A stretch of 64,000 bases of DNA from Phyllobates terribilis. Taxonomy: Eukaryota. The stretch covers positions 669,600,001 to 669,664,000 of the forward strand of contig NW_027362763.1 of assembly GCF_046119375.1 (NCBI RefSeq), in the 5' to 3' direction. Of this stretch, positions 33,058-43,800 are shown piece after piece (the first letter of the stretch is position 1; each line of letters starts with the position of its first letter). A program made the translations under genes and the position numbers. Below the pieces are notes generated by a model that worked only from the letters and a program-made list of their open reading frames with translations, was not told where the DNA came from and made no database searches.

Positions 33058-34315
33058 CTATACGTATGACACATAAACTAAATGCAGTATAAAATGTAAC
33101 ATTTATTAATGATAATTTAAAAATACATAATTGGAATAAAAGATGGGGAAAGGAGTCACAAAAAAGAAAGGCCACAGAGGTAAGTATCAGCAATACTAAG
33201 ATTAACATGCACGAGATGGATACATCAAAACAAATTCTCCACATGAAGTGTTAAAATGTTGTATATGCAAATAATAGAGTGAAACAGTGGTAAAGTGCAA
33301 TGTGCTAATATACTTCCCACAATATTAGATATATATAAAAGTAACAAGACAAGGTGAGAATGGTGTGCAAGGATAGGGCATGTGTTACATATTTAAGCTG
33401 GTACTGAACCGTGAGACCTGGATCCAACGCGCGTTTCGCCGAAGCTTTCACAAGGATATAGTGAGAGGAAGGATAGGAGGGTATTTATAAAAGGTCCAGC
33501 CAATGGGGGAACAGGGAATGATGAAAAAGTACTGCTTACACATGTGCTGTGCTACTGATATGGCGCCATATCGTGTGGCCGTGTAACCTTTCCCCACGCT
33601 GAGGTGCGACTCACAGGAGCGCAGATCAGCTGGGGAAGTCGGATGCCGGCGTGCGTGTCATTGAACCGGTGGAACGCACAAACCGGAAGTGACGTAGTGC
33701 CGGAGGCACAGGAAGTATGCTGAGGTGTGCGTTCCACTGTATGAGACGCAAAGAGGAACAGATGGGAGATCATATTAAGCGGTGAAGTGGAAGGAAAAGT
33801 GAAAGAAAATGTAAAGAGGTGTATAATGATGTAAATAAGTGCGTGTGTGAGATTTGGACAAAACATAAGTGTAAGAGAGTGAAGAGAAATGGTCATAAAA
33901 GTATAGTGTGAAAGAATATGTGAATATAAAAATATGAGTGCCGCGAAAATATTTAATACCATAGTGAAATGAATTGCAGTTGGCAAATACATTACCATCC
34001 TGAATTAAAACAAAAACTCCATACAATGTAGGAGAATTAGATAGATTAAAAGTTGAGTCCCTCTGATAAATAAATATATGGAGATCAATAAGATACTTCA
34101 ACAAAGCTTACATGTATAGCAAAATACCACAATATCAGAGAAAACAGCACATATAGAAACAGATATATATACAGAAATATATGGATGAAAGTCGAGCGCC
34201 AATGGCATATTCGTGAATACAAAGCAGTGATATGGAAGAAGTATCATGGGATCCTGATGTCATCAGCAGTCTGAAGGAAATGGCTGGAAGACGGACAAAT
34301 CAGCTGGCGAAAGAA
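33058..34315 (-). repeat. Left inverted arm (inverted copy of the 3' pseudo-LTR)
   Basis: Reverse complement of 36671-37928; about 9 substitutions seen by eye. Confidence 0.93.
33422..33457 (-). ncRNA. Second copy of the variant hammerhead-like motif (left arm)
   Basis: Same sequence on the minus strand, with a C(UUCG)G stem II loop. Confidence 0.5.
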
Positions 34316-36514
34316 TTGAAGACCACTTGGGTATTTGATAGACCTGCTGACATTGATTTATTCCCCACTGTAGAGGAACAAGCGGCACTGAGTACACTTC
34401 AGAGTCTTCTTGATGAGCAAGAACCTATTCAACCCAGTAAGTTACCTGTTTCCATCATTCCTAAATCACAACGTTTTCCACCCCTGTCAATGTATCCAAA
34501 TATAGATGTCTTTGTCCGTCTGGTTGATAATGAATTTAAACAGATTGCCTCCTCCTTACCTTATGACAACTGTACCAGGAATGAGCGAGTAGCAATCAAT
34601 GAACTTAAAAAACTACATGACGTTGTGATAAAGCCCTCTGACAAGGGTGGTAATGTTGTTCTTTGGCCTACCCATATGTATATACGGGAGGCCAAAAAAC
34701 AATTAAGTGATTGGAACACATATAAAAAACTGACTTTTAATCCTCTGTCCAAATACCAGGTGGAGCTAAGATCCCTCTTGGATGATGCAGTAACCCAGGG
34801 TACTCTTACAAAGAAAGATAGTGACTACTTATTTTACAAAGACCCTCGGATTGCCACGCTTTACCTTATCCCGAAAATCCATAAGGACATCAATAACCCT
34901 CCAGGTAGGTCCATTGTCTCAGGGGTGGGCAATTTCTGTGAACCTGTTTGTCGTTTCATAGATTACCTATTACGCCCCCTGGTACAAACCCTTCCCTCGT
35001 TTATTCAGGACACAACTGATTTCCTAAAAAAGATGGATGGGATACATGTGGATTGTGACGTCTTGATGGTTACATGTGATGTAGAATCACTCTACACCTC
35101 AATTAACCATAATGATGGCTTAAGAGCAGTGGAAACTTTTCTTGAAATGTCTGATTATGAAAAAAACTTGAGAGTACTGATTTTACAACTACTCCAATTT
35201 GCTCTAGGTCACAACTTTTTCCTCTTCCAAGATTCCTTTTACCTGCAGCTCCGGGGCACCGCTATGGGGGCTGCTTGTGCACCCTCATACGCTAATTTGT
35301 TCCTGGGGCTGTGGGAAAGGGAATTCCTCATGACTAACCCATTACCTCAGTCTAGTAACATCTTATACTGGGGGAGATATATAGATGATATTTTTTTCTT
35401 ATGGCAGGGTTCCCTGGAAGATGTTACATCGTTCATCAATCTACTCAACAATAACAACCAAAACATTAAGCTCACTTTCACTACTGGAAGAGAAAAGGTT
35501 GTATACTTGGATGTCATCTTGGAGGTTGATTTCAACGGTTTCATTCAGACGGACGTCCACCGCAAACCTACTGCAGCTAATACTTTACTTCACGCACAAT
35601 CCTCGCATCCCAGAAATTTAATTAAGAGTATCCCCACTGGGCAGTTTTTAAGAATGCGCCGCATCTGTTCTAACGATCTCAAATTTGAAAGACAAGCCTC
35701 ACTCCTAAAAAACAGATTTTACAATCGTGGATATAATGACAGCATTATACATCAAGGCTATCGTAGAGCAAAATTTTCTAAAAGAAAGGACCTCCTTTAC
35801 TCCACAAAGGCCAAAAACAGAGATGACACCGTGAGATTCATCTCTACCTACAACGCAAGAAATGGCGATATGTGGTTAGCCTTGAAAAAGCTTTGGCAAG
35901 TCTTGTAAATTGATCAAACCCTCAATAAATACTCACCATCCCATCCAACCATCACGTATAGACGCTCTAAAAATTTGAAGGATCTACTGGTCCACAGTCA
36001 CTTGGAATCCTCCAATACGAAAGGTCTCTTTGGTTCAAAGGGTCCACCCTGGGGTTGTCGCCCATGTGGCTCCTGTGTCGCCTGTATTAATATCGAGCCC
36101 ACTAAAGTTTTCTTCAACTGTGATGACACCAAAGAATTCAGGATTACCCACTCAATTAACTGTACAACTAATGGAGTGGTGTATTGTGCAAAATGCCCTT
36201 GTGGAAAAAAATACATTGGCCTAACTTCGAGAGAATTGCGGAGACGAACCAGGGAGCATGTCCTGGACATCAGATCAGCCAGGGAAGTCGATAATATGGA
36301 CCTTCTAAAGACACTTCCCCGCCACTTCAAACAATTTCACGACTGCGACCCAAGTGGTCTTCAAGTAAGTGGTATAGATCGAATCTACCCGAGGGTTAGA
36401 GGTGGTAACTGGAAAAAGCTTCTGGCACAAAAAGAGGCCAGGTGGATCACAATTTTGAACACATTAACCCCTTATGGCCTGAACGAAACAAATAGTTTTG
36501 TTTCTTTTCTTTAA
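34232..36514 (+). pseudogene. Penelope RT-GIY-YIG ORF with a single in-frame TAA at 35906-35908
   Basis: RT motifs KPSDKGG, PKIHK..PPGRSIVSG, GTAMGAACAPSYANLF, RYIDDIF. After the stop the same frame continues IDQTLNK..YRRSKNLKDLLVHS, CRPCGSCVAC, VVYCAKCPCGKKYIG..RTREH. Confidence 0.9.
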
Positions 36515-36670
36515 GTAGTATATTTATTAGGTATCTCTATGATCATTTGTTTTTATTTTTATTTTAATATTTATTTTCTTTTTACTATTTATTTGATTTC
36601 TTATATTTATTCCTGTGTTTCTTTATTTTACTTACCCTTTTTCTCTTTTTATTTTGCTATCTATATGTAG

Positions 36671-37928
36671 TTCTTTCGCCAGCTGATTTGTCCGTCTTCC
36701 AGCCATTTCTTTCAGACTGCTGATGACATCAGGATCCCATGATACTTCTTCCATATCACTGCTTTGTATTCACGAATATGCCATTGGCGCTCGACTTTCA
36801 TCCATATATTTCTGTATATATATCTGTTTCTATATGTGCTGTTTTCTCTGATATTGTGGTATTTTGCTATACATGTAAGCTTTGTTGAAGTATCTTATTG
36901 ATCTCCATATATTTATTTATCAGAGGGACTCAACTTTTAATCTATCTAATTCTCCTACATTGTATGGAGTTTTTGTTTTAATTCAGGATGGTAATGTATT
37001 TGCCAACTGCAATTCATTTCACTATGGTATTAAATATTTTCGCGGCACTCATATTTTTATATTCACATATTCTTTCACACTATACTTTTATGACCATTTC
37101 TCTTCACTCTCTTACACTTATGTTTTGTCCAAATCTCACACACGCACTTATTTACATAATTATACACCTCTTTACATCTTCTTTCACTTTTCCTTCCGCT
37201 TCACCGCTTAATATGATCTCCCATCTGTTCCTCTTTGCGTCTCATACGGTGGAACGCACACCTCAGCATACTTCCTGTGCCTCCGGCACTACGTCACTTC
37301 CGGTTTGTGCGTTCCACCGGTTCAATGACACGCACGCCGGCATCCGACTTCCCCAGCTGATCTGCGCTCCTGTGAGTCGCACCTCAGCGTGGGGAAAGGT
37401 TACACGGCCACACGATATGGCGCCATATCAGTAGCACAGCACATGTGTAAGCAGTACTTTTTCATCATTCCCTGTTCCCCCATTGGCTGGACCTTTTATA
37501 AATACCCTCCTATCCTTCCTCTCACTATATCCTTGTGAAAGCTTCAGCGAAACGCGCGTTGGATCCAGGTCTCACGGTTCAGTACCAGCTTAAATATGTA
37601 ACACATGCCCTATCCTTGCACACCATTCTCACCTTGTCTTGTTACTTTTATATATATCTAATATTGTGGGAAGTATATTAGCACATTGCACTTTACCACT
37701 GTTTCACTCTATTATTTGCATATACAACATTTTAACACTTCATGTGGAGAATTGGTTTTGATGTATCCATCTCGTGCATGTTAATCTTAGTATTGCTGAT
37801 ACTTACCTCTGTGGCCTTTCTTTTTTGTGACTCCTTTCCCAATCTTTTATTCCAATTATGTATTTTTAAATTATCATTAATAAATGTTACATTTTATACT
37901 GCATTTAGTTTATGTGTCATACATATAG
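36671..37928 (+). repeat. Right arm / 3' pseudo-LTR
   Basis: Downstream of the ORF and an AT-rich 3' UTR; carries the hammerhead-like motif in sense orientation. Confidence 0.9.
37529..37564 (+). ncRNA. Variant minimal hammerhead-like motif in the Penelope pseudo-LTR
   Basis: Reads ATCC-TTGTGAA-A-GC-TTCA-GC-GAAA-CGCGCGT-T-GGAT. Stem I ATCC/GGAT; palindromic stem III ACGCGCGU; core UUGUGAA instead of CUGANGA. Confidence 0.5.
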
Positions 37929-37994
37929 GTTTTATGGTTAAATAGACACATCTACATATATATTTTTTTCTCACACTGGCTATCTAATTTTCGT

Positions 37995-40615
37995 ATTGTG
38001 AAATTGGTATAACGTTCATAAACATTGCTAGCAACCTAATCTTACGACTTCTTGTAGGATGCCTGTAAGAAATAAACAATTAACACAATTAAAACATTCA
38101 GCATCTCTTCAGCTGGAGCTTTTCGTACGTCTTCAATCAGCTCTCTCTTTCTATGCTTGAACAGCTCTTTGTTTCTACAAAGTCTTTTAAGGAAAGTCAA
38201 AGCATGAAAACGAGTCTTTCTAGTAGGCAACATCTTCCATACTGCCTCTCGGTGGTGAATACCACTCAAGTGGGCCTACCTGGCCCGCAGGCAGAGATAC
38301 CAGTTTCCAGTCGACAGTTCTTGGCACTTGACTCGGTTCACCAAGTGTCTCATACGTCAGCATCACGGGCCTCCTCACTTCTTGAGTCGACATCCTCCTG
38401 GTGGGTTGTTCCTCCGAGACCACAGGTTCTTCGGTCACAGAAGTTTCTTCCGCCGCACTCATTTGCCGTGCTTCCTCAGATGCTATTGGAGCTGCCTCTG
38501 TAAGTTCCTGTACTTCTGAGTCGGTTGTTTCGGCATTGTCTGGTAATTCCGCTCCTCCTGAGTGTCGATCGGTCTCTTCAGGGGCCGGTGTTCGATCATC
38601 AGATCTGACTTCATCTGTACTCCTTGGTACAAACTCTGGAGCCTTAGTTCACACTCCTGAGGATGATACATCCCTCTCCTTGCTGGTCTGTGAAATACAA
38701 TGGAGTGCTGTTCTTCATCGGAACTTTCAAGGTCACTATCCACCTCTGGAGCTTCAGTCTGTATTGGTCCCTTAGTTGATCTCGGACGATGTCGGTCTAC
38801 TTCTGGGAAGTCTTGTTGTGGTGGGAGATAATCATAGGGTAGCTGTAAATTCCGATGGACTATTCTGGTTTTCTTGTCTCCCGTTTCCAATCGGATTTCA
38901 TACACTGGGCTGTCATAAGCTTTCCTCCTTATGACCACATACACCTTGTCTTCCCAGTACGAACAAAGTTTTCCTGAACCGCCTTTCTCATGTACGTTCT
39001 TGACTAGCACCCGGCTTACCTGTGCCAATTCTGCTCCATAACATTTTCGATCATAGTACTCCTTACTCTTGCTCTGTCCTTGCATAACCACTTTGGACGC
39101 TATGTTGTATGTCTCTGCCATCCATTCCTTCCATTTCCGAATGTACTCCGGATACGTTCTCTAAGTCTCTGACACCGGAGTATCAAACATGATGTCGATT
39201 GGCAGTCTTGGCGATCGTCCATACAATAGGAAATAGGGTGAGTAACCCGTTGCATTGCTCTTTATACAGTTATAGGCATGTACCACTTTTGACAGAGAAC
39301 TCTTCCAGTCTTTCTTCTCATCAGCTGTTAAAGTGCACAACATTGACAATAATGTCCGGTTAAAATGTTACACCTGTCCATTACCCTCTTGGTGATAGGG
39401 CGTAGTGTGGGATCTCTGAATTCTACAGTACTTTCCTAGCTTGGCAAAGAGCTGGTTCTCAAATTCTCTTCCTTGGTCATGGTGTAACCTTGAAACCTCA
39501 AAGCAAAATCATTGAAGATCTTTTCTGCTGCTGTTCGACCCTATTTATTGGTGGTGGCATATGCTTGAGCAAATCGAGTTAAATGGTCCGTCAGCACCAT
39601 GATGTATTCGTAACCACCCTTGCACGTCTCAAGATGTAGGAAGTCTATTGAGACCATCTCAAACGAATATGTAGTTTGGATGTTGCCCATAGGTGCCCGG
39701 GTTGATGTGCTGGGACGTTTATCTTTCAGACACCCACACTCCCTGGTCACGTACCTCTCAATATCTCTCTGCATGTACGGCCAGAAGAAACGTTCACGGA
39801 TCAAATTTGTTGTCCTTTCCACTTCCAGGTGTCCCATGTTTTCATGGAGTTCTTTGAAGACCAACCTACGGAATACTCTGGGTAGTACCAACTGTTGGTT
39901 TTGTCTTCCTTTATGATACAGGATACTGTCTTCACTGAGGTAGAGCTTCATCCATTCTTTAACTAAAACAGATACTGCTGGTGACTCATTGTCTCTCTCT
40001 CGTTTACTTGGAAACCGATTTTGGTCCACATAAAGTAGTATTCTACCAATTATCTGATCTTCCCATTGTGCTCTATGGATTTTCTCTTTTGGTAGTTGTT
40101 GAATAGACCGGGGGTGATCTTGATCTCTTGCTTTTATGGTGGTTTCCACAGTCAACGGACACCACTATGGTGTGTCTTCCTCCTGATAAGCTTGTACTGC
40201 TTGGGTAGTGCTCTTAATTGCTTCCAGACAGACTTCCTCCAAGCATTCTTGCATGAACTCCTCAGGCTCTAGTGGCATTCTTGACAATCTGTCAGCATTC
40301 ACATTGCATTTTCCTGGCCTGTACTTGATGCTGAAATTGAAGTCACCTAGTTCAGCGACCCATCTCTGACCCATTGCATTCAGTTTTTGTAGTAAGGACA
40401 TAGGTTAAAGTGTTGTTGTCAGTGTATACCTCAAACTTTTTGCTGTTGTAGAGATAATCTCTAAATCATTCACAGATAGCCCATTTCAATGCCAGGAACT
40501 CCAATTTTCAGGAATGTAGATGGTAATTCTTCCCGGCATCTGTCAACGTTTTAGAACCTTTTCCATCTTGATGCTGATACAGGGCAGCTCCCAGTCCAAT
40601 TTGAGAAGCATCACA
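37995..40615 (-). mobile_element. Gypsy internal remnant: RNase H C-terminus, integrase (zinc-binding, core, GPY/F-like) and tail; gag/PR/RT deleted
   Basis: ORFs 40165-40401 (QRWVAELGDFNFSIKYRPGKCNVNADRLSR), 39541-40155 (ELHENMGHL..SIDFLHLETCKGGYEYIMVLTDHLTRFAQAY), 39161-39349 and 38483-39121. The 3' UTR continues at 32937-33051 on the other side of the Penelope insertion. Confidence 0.9.
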
Positions 40616-40813
40616 ATGAAGAACAAAACAGCTTTAATACATGTGAGGAATGTGTAAGAAATAGACATTCCTCACATGTATTAAAGCTGTAAAACCATCG
40701 CAAATCATGCACACAGGAGTGATTCAAACATAATACGGAGCAGCTGTAACTACTCGGAGCTCGCCCGAGAGTACTCGGCGAAAGGGTTAACAAAACATAC
40801 TCGCTCATCGCTA
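40616..40813. mobile_element. Right-end fragment of a hAT-family MITE
   Basis: Ends TACTCGCTCATCGCTA, the reverse complement of a TAGTGATGAGCGAG-type TIR. Contains a perfect 26-bp hairpin (40628-40653 / 40665-40690). Confidence 0.7.
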
Positions 40814-40892
40814 AAAGGCACATTAATGAACACAGCATTCTTTACAGCACAGTGAGATGGAGGAAGGGGGAGGGTTTGCTGAGGGAGATGAT
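40814..40892 (-). repeat. 79-bp remnant of the Gypsy 5' LTR
   Basis: Near-identical to 32500-32574 (AAAGGCACATTAATGAACACAGC...GAGGGAGATGAT). Confidence 0.85.
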
Positions 40893-43800
40893 TAGTGATG
40901 AGCGAGCATGTTCGCTACTGCTCGGTGCTCGCCCAAGCATCTCACTGCTCGAGATGCTCGGCGTTCGCCGAGTATTTTCGGGGTTGCTCGGTGGGAGCTC
41001 AGGTCTCCTCCCTGCAGGTTTGGTGCTCTTTACAGAGCCAATGAACATGCAGGGATTGCCAGCCAGTCACTGTAATGCCGTAGCCATGTTGGTTGTGGCA
41101 TTACAGTGATTGGCTGGCCGCACAGCGTCATCAGGTGTATATCACACCTGGCGCCGCCATGCTCATCACAGTCACTCCGGAATTAGACAGTGTAGGGAGA
41201 GGTGCTGATGCGTCAGGGAGAGATTTGCTTGTTTCTAGTTAGTATAGGTATACCAAACTATATTAGAGACACATATCCATCTCAACAAACAGTCCTTCTG
41301 AGGACTAATCCATCTGCAGAGATCAGGCAGGCGGTGTATATAGGCACGCAGTGTATATAGCAGACTGCAGTGCATATAACACAAGAGGCTCCATTTCATT
41401 TCTGTCTGCTGCTGCTGTTAGATATTTTTAGAAATAGGCCCAGGTCTCGGGCCAGGCATAATTTCTTTGGGGATCTTAATCCTCATTATTTGCTTAAAAA
41501 GCAATCCACAGAACACAGTTTTTCTGCGCCATTTGCTTGTTGGCACTGCAGAATACAGCCAGGTCCTTTCCATATTACAGCGCTAAAAATCCAGCTATTT
41601 AAAACTGTGGTTTGTCCGTCACACGGATCACATATAATTGCGCTGAAAATACTGCCATTTCTGGCCTCCATTAAAATATTTTTCAGTGTGTTAGTGAAGC
41701 AATTGACACCAGTTTGCTGTTCAAAATAGTTACCTACAGGCCAGATATTTAAAAGTGTGTTTCTCCGTCACACTGATCACATACACGTTTTCATAAAATA
41801 ATGCCATTTCTCACCTCCATTAAAAATTTGTTTCAGTGTGTCAGCAAATTTTTTGACACTGGTTTGCTGTTCAAAATAGTTACCTACAGGCCAGGTATTT
41901 AAAACGGTGGTTTCTCCGTCACACGGATCACATATAAGTTCGCTCCAAATTCAGTCATTTACAGTGAGCGTGGAAGATATTGTCCTCTATTTAGAATGGG
42001 CAAGGCACGTGACAAGGAACGGGGAACTGGACGTGATGGTGATGATGGTGCATGCAGAGGCCGAGGCCGTGGGCAAGCTGAAATTGTGCCACAACAAACA
42101 CCCACATCTTCTCGCTCAAACTTCCTGTCCCAATTAATAGGGGACCACAGAACACCACTATTGAACACAGATCAGTGTGAAAAGGTTGTTGGTTGGATTG
42201 CAGATAATGCTTCCAATCACTTAGCCAACACCAACACCTTGTCTTCCACATGGTCAAGTCTCAGTAGCTGTGAGTCTGGACTGCATATTCCTCACCCTGA
42301 TCCTCCTTCCTCCCACCATGCCGAGTGCCCAGAGACAACTGATCCCACACTTGGACACTCTGAAGAGCTGTTCACTTCCATTTATAGATTCAGGCCTCTC
42401 GCCCAGTCCACTTGAAGCGGGGCAAGAGGAGATCGCGTGTAGCAATGCCCAAATATTTGAGCAGCCATGGTCACACCAAGGCGACAGTGGGAAAATGTCA
42501 CAAGAGGTGGACGATGATGAGACACAATTGCCAGAAAGTCAGGAGGAGGACCAGAGTGCGGAAGTGGAAGACGAGGTGGTAGATGATATAGTAACTGACC
42601 CAACCTGGCAGGAGAACATGCAGACGAGGACAGCAGCACACAGGGGGTGGGAGGCAGAGCACCCCAACAGGCAGGAAGAAGCAGTGTGGTGGCCGCAGAA
42701 AGAAGGCAGACAACCGTTCCCGTGACACCAACATGAAGGAATTTGCCAGTACAACTGTTACGTCTTCCCGAGTCTGGTTGTTTTTTAAAGACCACCTGCT
42801 AGGCCAGCATCAGCAGGGGTGGCAAAACGACCAGCCTGACCACCACCAGCATGATCAGGAACATGGCAGGAAAGCACCCGACTTTGTGGGCCGAACCCCA
42901 GGGTCCAGGAACAGTGTCTGCGGGTGGCACCATTGCTTCTTCCGCTGCTGTGCATGCAAACCAATCCCCTGTCCATGGTGCATGCGAAGATGCCTCCTGC
43001 CCTGCACCTGTCATTGCACACTATCAAGTAGCAGCATCAGGAAGCACATCCACGTCCTTGTCCCAGCGCAGCATTCAGTTGTCCATACCCCAGTCCTTGG
43101 AACGCAAGTGCAAATACACAGCCAACGCCCCACAGGCCGCACTACTAAATTCCCAAATTTCACGACTGCTTGCGCTCAAAATGTTGCCTTTTAGGCTCCT
43201 GGAGACGGAAATATTCCGCAACCTGATGGCGGCGGCTGTCCCTCGGTACTCGGGACCAGCCGCCACTATTTCTCCCGGTGTGCCGTCCCCGCATTACACA
43301 AGCACGTCTCCCAAAACATTAGCCTTGCCCTCAACAACGCAGTTACCGGGAAAGTCCACCTAACCGTGGACACGTGGACAAGTGCTTGTGGGCAGGAACG
43401 GTCCATCTTGCTGGCGGCACACTGGGTTAACAACGGAAGTCGGAACCCAGTTGGACCTTGGGACGGAACACGTCCTCTCGACGCCATGGATTGCGGGCCC
43501 TAGGTCAATCAGGGTTGCCCCCACAGTCTACAGCTCCTACACCTCAGCCTCCTCCTCCTCTTCAGCCTCCATCTCCGAAATGACCACATCAGTCACAAGT
43601 TGAAAGCACTGCAGCACTGCCTCGGCCAAGCGGCAACAGGCTGTGCTGAAGCTAATATGCTTAGGTGAGAAACCGCACAATGCTGAAGAGTTGTGGACAG
43701 CTCTGAAAGAGCATGCAGATCTGTGGCTCACACCACAGAACCTACAGCCAGGCATGGTCGTGTGTGACAATGGCTGGAACCTGGTGGCGGCTCTGAGGCG

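Larger units (their letters stand above)
33052..37994 (+). mobile_element. Penelope-like retroelement (probably Neptune-like) with 1258-bp inverted arms
   Basis: RT and GIY-YIG ORF on +. Inverted repeats at 33058-34315 and 36671-37928. A 15-bp direct repeat ATTGTGAAATTGGTA flanks it at 33037-33051 and 37995-38009. Confidence 0.9.

Noticed and set aside
33552-37434. Mirror-image hydrophobic ORFs (33552-33998, 33775-34104, 36882-37211, 36988-37434, plus 32960-33244 and 37742-37945)
   Set aside because: They come from AT-rich pseudo-LTR sequence duplicated by the inverted arms; no domain signal.
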